NCBI GenBank assembly: GCA_964016885.1
Contig: OZ024742.1
Span: 180,606,001 to 180,670,000, forward strand
Source: Eledone cirrhosa
Taxonomy: Eukaryota
Length of the DNA stretch: 64,000 nt
Direction: 5' to 3'
Of the stretch, positions 9,601 through 20,369 are shown piece by piece. The notes under the pieces were generated by a model, which saw only the letters and a program-made list of their open reading frames with translations, was not told the origin of the DNA and did no database searches. A program made the position numbers and the translations under genes. Each line of letters opens with the position of its first letter. The stretch's first letter is position 1.

Positions 9601-12600
9601 ATCATCATCATCATCATCATCATCAACGTTTAACGTCCGTGTTCCACGCTTGCATGGGTTTGGACGGGGGTAGTCCCACTTGAGGCAAGCAAGAGTGATT
9701 GTCTTGCTCGCATAGGACTGTCTGGCAGGTTTTCTACAGTTGGATGCCCTTCCTAACACCAACCACATTTACAGTGTGGGTCTGGGAGGTTTTTACCGTG
9801 TTGCCTACACGGCCACATTACAGCGTGGACTGTGTGTTTTTTTGTCGTGACACCTACACGATCTCATTTGTTTCGGCCTCGATGGCGCGGCACCAACATA
9901 ACTTTACATAGAACGGGGTGGTGTGGATGGGGTGGGGGTGGTGGTGGTGGGACGGGGTGTATTTTGTTAGAGATGCCTACTGGCTGGAGTAGGTTTTACT
10001 ATATATTTAGGTAAGGCGGGTCTTCTCTGTTACTGAGTACCGCCAAAGGTCTCGGTCCAGTGACATTGTCTTGGAGAGGTGTAAGTGTGTGATGTCGGAG
10101 TTTATCAGCTCGTCCCAGGTTTTTCTAGGTCTGCCTATTCCGTGACTACCGTCTATCTTTATTGCCCTGCACTTTGTTATACAGCTATCGACTTTCATGC
10201 GCATCACGTGTCCATACCAACGTAGCCTTCTCTCGAGTAAACAACATCTGATCCCTCTTATCTCTAATTTTTTCCTTAGTTCGTTTATGCTTTGCCGTTC
10301 ACGTATATTACTGTTACACATCCAGCGGAGCATGCAAGCTTCGTTCCTCTCTAGTCTGCGTATATCCTCTGCACACAATGCCCAGGTCTCACTGCCATGC
10401 AGCATTGCTGTTCGTATGCAGGCATCGTACAACCTGCCTTTCATTTTTAGGGAGAACCCTTTAGCAGCTAATAGTGGTATAAGCTCTCTGAACTTTTTCC
10501 AACCAGTTCTGACTCTAGCTACAGTACTTTCAGAGCACCCTCCCCCACTGCTGATTTTATCGCCCAGGTAACGGAAGCTGTCCACTATTTCTATAGAACC
10601 CTCTGCGCAATTGAAAGAGCTAGTATTTTTTGGGCACTTGCTGCTACTTATTGCACCAGAACACCGGCCACATGTAAAATCTATGTTCTTAGTTAGCTTA
10701 CCTGTGATCCCACTACATCTTTTATGCACCCATACTTTGCATTTAGGACATAAAATGGAGTTTCTACCTACGCCTTTCCTACACACCGAGCACGACCATT
10801 TCCCAGAAGGGACCGCCGCCTCGTTTTCTTTCCTACAAACTAGTACTTTGGTCTTAGCCAGGTTAATTTTAAGTCCTTTTGATTCTAGGCCGTGCTTCCA
10901 TGTTTGGAATTTTTTCTCTAGCTCGGCCATTGATTCCGCTATGAGTGTCAGGTCGTCTGCGTATAGGAGTTCCCATGGGCAGCCTGTCTTGAACTCCTCT
11001 GTTATAGCCTGAAGGGCAATAATAAATAGTAGGGGACTGAGAACAGAGCCCTGATGGACGCCAACTTTTACGCTAAACTCTTCACTATATTCGTTGTTAA
11101 TTCTAACCTTGCTGACTGTTTCTTTATACATGGCTTGTATAGCCCTCACAAGCCATTCGTCAACGCCTAGTTTTCTAAGAGCCCACCAGATAATGGAGCG
11201 GGGGACTCTGTCGAAGGCTTTCTCCAAGTCGACAAAAGCTAAGTAGAGGGGTTTACCTTTAGCTAGGTACTTCTCCTGTAGTTGTCGTACTATGAAAAGA
11301 GCGTCTGTGGTACTTTTGCCTGACACAAACCCGAACTGCATTTCATCTAGGTCAATTCTCTCTCTGATTAGTTGCGCTATTACTTTTTCCGTGACCTTCA
11401 TGACCTGGTCGATTAATTTAATGCCTCTATAGTTACTCCTATCTAGGGCGTCTCCTTTACCCTTATAACAGTTAACGATGATGCTGCTATGCCAGTCCTT
11501 CGGAACAACCCCATTCTGTACGACTTGGTTAACTATGCGGGTGACCATGGTGTGTCCCACCGTGCCAGATGCCTTCAGCATCTCAGCAACTATTTCCGAA
11601 GGCCCAGCCGCCTTACCCGTCTTCATATCCTTGATTGCCTTACTTATTATACTCCCCTCGACTAACACTGCTGGTCCCTCTATTGGGTCGATATGGGGGA
11701 GACTGTCTTTCTCCCATTTATTCTCCTCATTTAGTAGCCTTTCATAGTGACACTTCCAAGCTACCTTCTTATCAGCGTCGGTGATGGCAAGTGTGCCATC
11801 GTCGTTTAGTACACACTTCTCCCCGACAATATCACGGTTTTCCTTGACGCATTGCCTAGCAATCCTGTACACCTCACGTTTTTGGTCATCGCGTTGTAGA
11901 ACATGCTTGAACTTTCTTTCCTCAGCTTCCCTTCTTGCTAAGTACACTTGTCTCCTAGCTTCCCTCCTGGCCACTTGATAGTCTTCTCTACTTCCCCCAT
12001 CCCGCCATACTTTCCAAGCCTGCTTTTTGGCCTTAATTGACCCCTCCACCTTACTGTTCCACCACCATGTTACTCTCCTCCTGCCTACAGGCCTGCTCCA
12101 GCCACAGACTTCGTCTGTCGCCAACAGCAGGTTTGCTTTCAGAAATTCCCACTCTCCCTCTATATTGTCCGACTCTAAATGTTCTTCCTTACTGTCGAAA
12201 GCATCAAGTAATATGCTTTGAAATTTATTCCTGGCTGTGGGGTCCTTTAGCTTCCATATTTTTCTCCTGAGGATAGTCCTCTTCTGCTGTCGAGTACGTC
12301 TCGTCCTGTCTATGAGGTCGCTAATTATCAGTCTATGTTGGGAGGTGCATTCTTCATGGGGGAGGGATTTAGTGTTTACAACAGACACTCTGTCACGTCT
12401 TCTGGTAAGGATATAATCTACCTGGCTTGTGTGTTCCCCGGATCTATAGGTGATCAGGTGATTGTCACGTTTTTTGAAGTTAGTGTTACAGATAGTTAGG
12501 TTATTTGCATCACAGAATTCCAGGATTCTGGAGCCTTCCTCATTTCTAGTACCAAACCCATAGCCTCCATGGATTTCGTCGTAGCCGTCACAATATTGTA

Positions 12601-13270
12601 CAACGTGACCATTTAGGTCGCCTGCGATAATTATATAGTCACTGTCGGATATTTGGGAGGTAGTTAGCATCAGTGTCTCATAGAATCTGTCTTTTATAGT
12701 GCCGGGCAGTCCGGATTGGGGTGCGTACGCAGATATTACTGTCACCGTAGTTCTATTGAGGACAAGTCGTATTTTAATTATTCTGTCGTTCACTCTATTT
12801 ACGTCTATTATCTTATCCACCCACTTTTCTGCTACCATGATTCCTACTCCACCCAGCCCATCGTCGTTTCCCACCCAGAAAAGCTTATAACATCGTTTTT
12901 TACCCTCAATGAACCTAGCAGACCCACCCCTCCACCTGGTCTCTTGAATACAACAAACATCGACCTCCTTACGTTCAAGCATTTCTACAACCTCGTTAGC
13001 GCGACCCTTTAGGGTGCCTACATTTATGGTACCAACTCTGAAGTTTTGGATTGCGTTTGGCGGTTGGGGGCGGTGGGGGCGGGTGGCGACGGGGTTATGT
13101 TAGCCGTCCGCGGTCGAAACAATGAGGAGTGCTCGCATTCTCGTCCAAGAGGTGAATTTGTCTTTATCTTTGGCATTGTCGCTGAGCGTCCAGATTTTTC
13201 TCTCTCTCTCCTCCACTCTCCAGGATTCCGCAGTCCATCCATCCATCATATATCGAAAGGCAACCAGGCA
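9601..13270 (-). mobile_element. Near full-length RTE-clade LINE family B
   Basis: Long ORF, ~400-nt 3'UTR, tail GCAAGCGTGGAACACGGACGTTAAACGT(TGA)n; 5' boundary uncertain (about 13250-13440). Confidence 0.97.
10007..13099 (-). CDS. APE endonuclease-reverse transcriptase polyprotein with PHD-type finger
   Basis: 991 aa from ATG at 12982; the frame stays open to 13099 and includes FRVGTINVGTLKG; QETRW, GDLNGH, DYIL, SQH, DLEKAFD, GVHQGSVLSP, YADD and CxxC..CxxC.xxxHxxC..CxxC are all present. Confidence 0.97.
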   Translation of the reverse strand, partial: HNPVATRPHRPQPPNAIQNFRVGTINVGTLKGRANEVVEMLERKEVDVCCIQETRWRGGSARFIEGKKRCYKLFWVGNDDGLGGVGIMVAEKWVDKIIDVNRVNDRIIKIRLVLNRTTVTVISAYAPQSGLPGTIKDRFYETLMLTTSQISDSDYIIIAGDLNGHVVQYCDGYDEIHGGYGFGTRNEEGSRILEFCDANNLTICNTNFKKRDNHLITYRSGEHTSQVDYILTRRRDRVSVVNTKSLPHEECTSQHRLIISDLIDRTRRTRQQKRTILRRKIWKLKDPTARNKFQSILLDAFDSKEEHLESDNIEGEWEFLKANLLLATDEVCGWSRPVGRRRVTWWWNSKVEGSIKAKKQAWKVWRDGGSREDYQVARREARRQVYLARREAEERKFKHVLQRDDQKREVYRIARQCVKENRDIVGEKCVLNDDGTLAITDADKKVAWKCHYERLLNEENKWEKDSLPHIDPIEGPAVLVEGSIISKAIKDMKTGKAAGPSEIVAEMLKASGTVGHTMVTRIVNQVVQNGVVPKDWHSSIIVNCYKGKGDALDRSNYRGIKLIDQVMKVTEKVIAQLIRERIDLDEMQFGFVSGKSTTDALFIVRQLQEKYLAKGKPLYLAFVDLEKAFDRVPRSIIWWALRKLGVDEWLVRAIQAMYKETVSKVRINNEYSEEFSVKVGVHQGSVLSPLLFIIALQAITEEFKTGCPWELLYADDLTLIAESMAELEKKFQTWKHGLESKGLKINLAKTKVLVCRKENEAAVPSGKWSCSVCRKGVGRNSILCPKCKVWVHKRCSGITGKLTKNIDFTCGRCSGAISSSKCPKNTSSFNCAEGSIEIVDSFRYLGDKISSGGGCSESTVARVRTGWKKFRELIPLLAAKGFSLKMKGRLYDACIRTAMLHGSETWALCAEDIRRLERNEACMLRWMCNSNIRERQSINELRKKLEIRGIRCCLLERRLRWYGHVMRMKVDSCITKCRAIKIDGSHGIGRPRKTWDELINSDITHLHLSKTMSLDRDLWRYSVTEKTRLT

Positions 13271-13491
13271 AGCGATAGTATAGGCCTCTGGCTTCTGATT
13301 GGTCCGCGTAATAGCAATGGTGTTGGGTAGCTAGATAGAAGGTAATGATTGAATGGGGTCCTTGCATTTAACAAGCGATTAACAAAAATACAAAATTTGT
13401 TCTTTTCAATACGACCAAAAACTTTCGTATTTAACAATTAATAAAAATATATATATATTTATATGATACATACACACACACACACATGCAC

Positions 13492-13550
<59 letters not shown>

Positions 13551-13574
13551 CACACACACACACACACACACATG

Positions 13575-13605
<31 letters not shown>

Positions 13606-13800
13606 ATTTTAGTACAGCATAGACGAAGCTCTAGTATACGGCCAAGCTAGCGTGTATGCTTATTCGGTTTGTAGCTTTAGCACTCATATGAGGTAAGACC
13701 CCAGAGTATAACATTATGTTCAGACAGCTTAGCAAATTAGATATAGCAGTCGGCAGTCCGACCGCATCACTAGAGCAACGAAAATACAGGACCCAGGTAA

Positions 13801-13871
<71 letters not shown>

Positions 13872-14652
13872 GCGAGAATCACATTTCAGCGAGTAGAAAT
13901 TAGCGAAACGCAACTTCCGAATTGTGTTGGCGAGTGCTCAATGGAATTGAATATACCAGAGCTAAAAACATAAGTTAAAAGGCCATACAAAACTGAGACG
14001 ATGGTTAAGAAGCCATTAACCACCTAAGCCAAACAAGCGAACAAGCTAAGCCGGTGAAATAAAATAAGATATGATTGAAATATTTACCCGGACCCTCGGG
14101 AATGATTGTATAATCCGATATAGGGTTTCTGCGACACCTAGATCAATAATACTGTCTGCTTATAAAAAATAATAAGCTTTTGGTATAATGATCGAACAAG
14201 GATATCACTTTCTCAACGAGCATTTTGTTCAGCGTGCGCCAGGATCCCACAGTGTTCAAAGCACATGTGAAGTCCAAAGGGGAGAAAACTCCTAGTTTTG
14301 GCAAATGAATTCAGTATGTGTAGTCATAGCAAACATTTGCAAAAAAAGCACTAAACGAATTAAGTTCTCAACCGAGTAATTTTTAAAATAAACTTAAGCG
14401 ATTAATCAGTCAATAGAATTAACTAAAAAGATCAAAAAAATTAACTGGTTAATTGCTAGACTTTGGAGATTAATACAAATATACATTTAGCAAGAATATA
14501 TAGTGTATTGGGGTGTAATGTTTAGTTACTTTTGTTTCACCCCAGTTTGAGCACTCAATGCTAGTAAGGGTCCTTTTGCCATTGTAGTAATCTACATTTG
14601 GTATTTCTCTGTAATCGGTATCCTTAAGAAGCAAAGTGTTAATAATATTAAT

Positions 14653-14839
14653 AATTGTTTCTATTTTTGGCACAAGGCCAGCAATTGCCCAGTACATTAC
14701 TGGTACTTTATTTTATCGACCCCGTAAGAATGAAAGGCAAAGTTAACCGCGGCGGGATTAGAACTCAGATCGTAAAGGGACGTAACTCTTTGCGTCAAAG
14801 CATGGCGTCCGACCCTCTACTGATTCTGCCAATCCACCG
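14653..14839 (-). mobile_element. Nin/Deu-like tRNA SINE, full length
   Basis: A box, B box and central domain present; flanked by ATTAATAAT direct repeats (probable TSD). Confidence 0.9.
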
Positions 14840-14885
14840 ATTAATAATAAGTGTCAGTTTAGCATCATTATGTTTATTCACATGA

Positions 14886-15037
14886 TGGTGGTGGATTGGC
14901 AGTATCGGTAGAGGGTCGGACGCCATGCTTTGACGCATAGAGTTACGGCCCTTGCCATTCATCCTTACGGGGTCGATAAAATAAAGTACCAGTAATGCAC
15001 TGGGTAATTGCTGGCCTTGTGCCAAAAAGTAGAAACA
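14886..15037 (+). mobile_element. Nin/Deu-like tRNA SINE with internal deletion
   Basis: Lacks the B-box segment; flanked by the 18-bp direct repeat ATTATGTTTATTCACATG (~14867 and ~15038). Confidence 0.9.
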
Positions 15038-15051
15038 ATTATGTTTATTCA

Positions 15052-15144
15052 CATGTGTCACGTTTCACAATTGATCAGCTCAAGGTACAGATCCTGAAGA
15101 TAAGGATCGCACTGGAGTCTAGAATCGATAGCTCATCAGACTTG
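15052..15144 (-). ncRNA. Decayed hammerhead ribozyme (Penelope pLTR type, long stem II)
   Basis: Minus strand CTGATGA-GCTATCGATT...GATCAATTGT-GAAA; homologous to 26576-26665; stem III and cleavage triplet are damaged. Confidence 0.55.
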
Positions 15145-15524
15145 TGGATTCATACATCCCAGTTTGGCATAGTTCGTACTGCTTGGTGCAGTAATGATAA
15201 AATCCACCCAGGAAATGATGTAAAGTGGTTGACATTAGAAAGAACATCAAGCAATAGAAACCATGCCAAATTGGAATGTATGAACAGAACAATGTTTATT
15301 CCACAGTATCTGCATCTAGGTGTTTTATGTGCATTTTATTCCTTTTGGACATCAGGCATTTCATGGGCATTTCCTGTTCCTGGGTTGCAAAACATCCATC
15401 AGAGTGAGTATTAATGCATATATATGTTTACATTTACATATGTATGTATGTATGTATATATAAGAATGTATATATGTGTATACATGTACATACATATGTA
15501 TATATGTATGTATGAATGTATAAA

Positions 15525-15750
15525 TCATCACCATCATTTTATGTACACTTTCCCCTGCTAGCAAGGGTGGGATGGGTCCTATTCAGCACAGCATCTCTCC
15601 ACTTGTCACAGTCCTTCGTCATCTCCTCCATGAGCTTCAGGGATCTCACCCATCTGCCCATGTTTTTCGTGGTCTTCCTCTACTGTGTCATCCATCTACT
15701 GGGATTTCTTGGCACTTCTTTATCCAGTGGTCATCCTCAATGCACATCAC
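15525..15750 (-). mobile_element. 3' fragment of RTE family A
   Basis: Reverse complement matches about 6380-6616, including the tail. Confidence 0.85.
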
Positions 15751-15809
15751 ATGTCCACAGCCATCCAATAAAGTTTTTTTTTTTTCTTGTGTAGCGAAAG
15801 ACTTCTAGT

Positions 15810-16137
15810 CTTCATTAAGACATCTCTCTAGGAGAATGTCACTCTGATATTAAACCCACAACTTTGTTTCCATCCAATGATGTAAACCAGTTCTTCTTTT
15901 TAATGCAAATGCATTTGATGTTCAGAGAGTGGGATTGGTTCCGAGCAAAGTCTTTCCTTGCTTAAAAAAGTTTCAAGCACAGGCATCGCTTGATATGTGA
16001 CAATTTATGTGATGCTTGGTATTGCTGGCCTTAGGCATGTCCCTAGCAGGACTAAAAGCCACGCCCGTGATACTCATACTTAAGTATCAAGCGATGGCAT
16101 TACTCGAAATCGATTTGCAGCCATCATATGTATGTAT
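15810..16137 (+). mobile_element. Divergent partial copy of the 7281-7814 element
   Basis: Shared motifs TCTCTAGGAGAA, CAGAGAGTGGGATTGGT, GCACAGGCAT and terminal CAGCCATCATATGTATGTA. Confidence 0.65.
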
Positions 16138-16480
16138 CATCATCATCATCATCATTTTTACGTCCGCTTTTCCCTGCTTGCAAGGGTGGGACGGGAATTG
16201 ATTCTGGCTTGATTTCTACAGCTGGATGCCCTTCCTAACATCAACCTCATTTTACAGTGAGTGCTGGGTGCTTTTTTGCCGTGGCCCCTCCACGACCACT
16301 TTGCAGTGGAATGATAGGGACCCCAGTCCCTATCATCTCATTTCTACAGCTGAATAAACTGGAGCAATGTGAAATAAAGTGTCTTGCTCAAGGAAACAAC
16401 ACATCACCCGGTCTGAGAATTGAACTCACAACCTTTTGATTGCAAGGCCAATGCTCTAACCACTAAGCCACGTTCCTCCA
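16138..16480 (-). mobile_element. Composite tRNA SINE (tRNA head, V/Meta-like domain, RTE-derived body and tail)
   Basis: A box TGGCTTAGTGG, B box GAGTTCAATTC, TCCTTGAGCAAGACAC domain, GTTAGGAAGGGCATCCAGCTGTAGAAA, and a tail matching the RTE family A tail. Confidence 0.9.
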
Positions 16481-17019
16481 TGTATATGTATTTATGTATG
16501 TATGTTTGTTTGTATGTTTCTTTGCATGCATGTATATATGTATCTGTCTCAAGCATTAAACTAATATATATCATTATTATACTGCATTGTTATCCAATGT
16601 TGTTTTTCTTTGGAGACTTTTCTCATACATACATACATATGTGTACATGTACATATGTATGTATACAAGCATATATGCATGTACATATGTTTCTATGTAT
16701 GTATATGCATATATGTGTGTGTATATGTATTCATACATATGTGTATGTATATATGTATGTACTGCAGTTTATATGGTCCCCGCAACATTTGATGTGTTCC
16801 CATGGAGCAATGTTTGCCCAATTGAACCTATTACTGGGAGGTGCCAATCATCAATTATTCAACATTATCATTTCTACACAACATTTTCTGAGAAGCCATT
16901 CATTTTCCCAGTTTAGCCAATTTACAAATGACTTAACTTCATTTCTTACAGATTCAATCAACCAAGTAATTGTATCCTTATTTCTTGTGTGGCAGTGTGA
17001 GGGGAAGTGGGGTGAGGTA

Positions 17020-17400
17020 GGTTGGTAGAGGGAAGTATAATTTCATTGGTTGTGTGTGTATTTATGTTTGTAACTGTATATGTATATATGACCTGAGGTA
17101 GACTGGCAGAGGGAAGTATAATTTCATTGATTGTGTGTATGTGTTTACGTGAGTGATTGTATATGTTATTATGTCTGAAGTAGACTGATAGAGGGAAGGG
17201 TAATTTCATTTTGTGCGTGTGTTTATACCAACATGAATGTTTATGTATAGATGTATGTTGATATGATTATCTGTAAGTGAACGTGTCTCTCTATATGTAT
17301 ATATGGGAAGTTGAAGTAGATTACTGTAAAGAGGTAAAGGGAGGTGTAATTTCATTTAGTATGTGTGTGTTTCCATGTCTGAGTGTATATATATTTGTGT
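17020..17400. repeat. Degenerate ~80-bp tandem repeat
   Basis: AGAGGGAAG(TA)TAATTTCATT..TGTGTG recurs at about 17027, 17108, 17190 and 17340. Confidence 0.6.
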
Positions 17401-18234
17401 GTTGGAGTGTTGATGTGAGTATGTGTGTTTGTATATAAATTTATTTTTGTATTTGAACATGTGTGTGTGTATATATCTGTAAGTATGTGTGTAACTGTAT
17501 ATGTATATATGTAAAGGTGCATGGCCTCGTGCTTAGGGTATTGGACTCACTATCGTTATCCTTTCAAGATCAATGAAAAAAAGTATCAACCCAGTACTAG
17601 AGTCAATTTTTCCTCTATATCTCTTTCTCACTCTTTCTCTTTATTTCTTTAGAAGAAATCTAGTGCATTCAGAATAAGAGGGGCAACAGACTCTGCCAGA
17701 GTTTAAAAAAAAGGGAAAATATATGCCCAAGAAACGCCATATGTCAATATGGCGACCCCATGACACCACCAGGAGTTACAGGTCCATATATATATATACA
17801 TCATAAGGTCTTGGATTCGATCCCAGAGTGACCAGCAGATAGTATCAGCAATGTAACATTGCAAACATTTGTTTACTTGGACCGATCTAGCGATTCTATT
17901 TCATAATTCTTGATATGAACTTCAAATATTGCTTATAAAAACTCTTAAACTTCATAGTGGAAAGAATATGTATGCAGACATTTTTATATATACAAATTAC
18001 TCCTAAATTTGATAAATTATGATATTATTACCAGTAATGCACTGGGTAATTGCTGGCCTTGTGCCTAAAGTAGAAACAATTATTAAATATTACTGAAAGG
18101 CTTATAAAAAAACATATATTGTTATATTTGGGAAGGGTCATGTTGTCTTAATATTGCCCCCCCCCCCCCCCGAAAGAAAAGAATAATAAAACATATTCAC
18201 TGTTTGGTTTGGTTTTCACTTCAGTTTTCGTATA

Positions 18235-18271
<37 letters not shown>

Positions 18272-18272
<1 letters not shown>

Positions 18273-18472
18273 ACAAAGAAAGTGTGGTAAGGAACCAGGT
18301 GGACCATAATGCACCAGAGTACTCGATACTTAGGGTAGTAGAGTGGGTAATAGGAAAAGAGTCGGGACCCTGACGGCTGAGCTCCGGCCGTTTTGACAGG
18401 CTCGATCCAAACAGTTCAGATCTAGCTGTCGAAACGGCCGGAGCTCAGCCGTCAGGGTCCCGACTCTTTTCC
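18272..18472. mobile_element. Penelope-derived fold-back mini-insertion, copy 2
   Basis: Same leader as 8123; ~50-bp near-perfect inverted arms within 18350-18475; flanked by (TA)n. Confidence 0.85.
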
Positions 18473-18507
<35 letters not shown>

Positions 18508-19002
18508 TTCCATAAATAATTTAGTTGGCACTCAATGTCTATCATTGATTGACCAACAGTTAAAAATGTCATATTAGAAATAATGTATATATAAAGCACC
18601 CTTTAAATTTGTTATTTTACGATGTGAACCCTTAGTCTTCATATTCGAAAGAATAAATATACATTTTTTTTTTCTTTTCCTTTATATAAAAAAGCTAGAT
18701 TATTTTATAATGGATTAAAAACCTTGTAGGATCTTTTTTTTTATGAACCCTCAAAATATTTTACAGAAACCTTTGAGCTCATACAAACCCAAATTGTAGA
18801 CCACTGCATTTTGCACAAAAATGTCATACAGCAAGCCAGCCAATATGACGTAAAAATTAGATACACACAGAACATCTAATTGTTTAGATCCAAGAACAAG
18901 TACAATGACACATCCCTTTAAAAACAACAAGAAAACAAAACAAACAGTGTAATATTTCAATGACAAAGGATAAAATGGTTGCAGAAAGCCCTGTCAGCTA
19001 TA

Positions 19003-19204
19003 TATGAGGGTCAGCTGAAAAGTTTATAGGTTTCCTATAAAGGGGTGATTCTGGCGCTGTGAAATTTTACATGTATTAATTTCAACTCTTCTTATTAATA
19101 ACTGCATTGTTTCTTTCTAGGGTCTAAGTTGAAAAATAAACCTCATTTGGTCTTTCCATGAGAATATCTTGGTCAGCATAGGAACTTTTCAACCGACCAC
19201 TGTA
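19003..19204. mobile_element. Tc1/mariner-type MITE, decayed
   Basis: Imperfect TIRs TA|TGAGGGTCAGCTGAAAAGTT and AACTTTTCAACCGACCACTG|TA with TA flanks. Confidence 0.65.
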
Positions 19205-19867
19205 CACAATTATGCAAATTTGAATTTTGTACTGTTCTGGTTTGTGATTAATAGCTATTTGCGATATAAATAGCTATTAGCATCATCACTCTATGGGTGA
19301 GAGTATTTATTTTATGGTGAATTTTCAACCTGAAATGAAATATATAGGGAAAATTCCGATCATATGTTGCTGTTGTCCAAGGAGAGTTATAAAAAATTAT
19401 ATTTATTTTCTATTACTTCTTATGTTGAAATGTATAATAAAATAATTTTTTTAAATTGTAGATATAACTATTTTATGATCACTTTTATATCCCCTTTCGA
19501 TGCTGGCATCGGTTGGCTAGATCATAACAATCTGAGTCAGGTCATATTATGCTACTGACCACCATGTAAATATAGAAAAGTACCCATAAAATGAAATAAA
19601 GCAATATATATACTTGTATGCACTTGTTTATAGTGGGGCTGATAATGTTGTTCAAACTCAATGCAGTCTTGAAGAGTTGGTTTCAATGAGATTCAGCAGC
19701 GAGTGCTATAGTTTTGTAGTTGGCTCTCATCACATAAGTTTCCATTGAAGATTCTACTCAAGCTACAGAGTCATTTATAAGTTGAAGATAGGTTCTTAAG
19801 AACCTATCTTTGATGTTTGTTTTATTTTAATTGTTCAATACATAAACACACATATATACATATTAGT

Positions 19868-20205
19868 GAAGGCATATGGCTTAGTGGTTAGAGCATTGAG
19901 CTTACAATCATGAGGTTGTGAGTTTGATTTTCGGACCAGGTGATGTGTTGTTTCCTTGAGCAAGACACTTTATTTCATGTTGCTCTAGTTCATTAAGCTG
20001 TAGAAATGAGTGGCGACATTACTGGTGCCAAGCTGTATCAGTCGTTGATTTTCCCTTACACAACATTGGTGGCATGGAGAAGGGAAACCAGTATGCATGG
20101 GCGACTGCTGGTCTTCCAAACAACCTTGCCCAGACTTGTGCTTTGGGGCGGAACTTTTGAGGTGCAAATCCCATGGTCATTTGTGACCAAATGGGTTCTT
20201 TACCC
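19868..20205 (+). mobile_element. tRNA SINE with V/Meta-like domain and a different 3' half
   Basis: Head and central domain as in 28197; diverges after GCTGTAGAAATGAG. Confidence 0.8.
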
Positions 20206-20369
20206 TTATATATATAAAACAAATAGTAGAAAGGAAAACAATTTTTTCAGTAGAAAATGCTGAAGAGATTCTTTCAGTGTAATATCAAAACATTTATTTA
20301 TTTATAAAGAGGATATTTCCGCATTTAATAATGGTACCGGTTTCAGCATTATATGCATTGTCAACTGCG

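Noticed and set aside
10197-13012. Series of plus-strand ORFs opposite the RTE ORF
   Set aside because: Antisense shadows of a long coding frame; no independent motifs
9594-13283. ATAGTATA as target-site duplication of the family B LINE
   Set aside because: Only 8 AT-rich bases and the 5' boundary is not independently defined
16420-17028. 202-aa ORF
   Set aside because: Composed of SINE head and TATG/TG low-complexity sequence
17652-17782. Exon candidate after a long pyrimidine tract
   Set aside because: Weak donor (GTCCAT), the tract is CT low-complexity, and the peptide is unrecognisable
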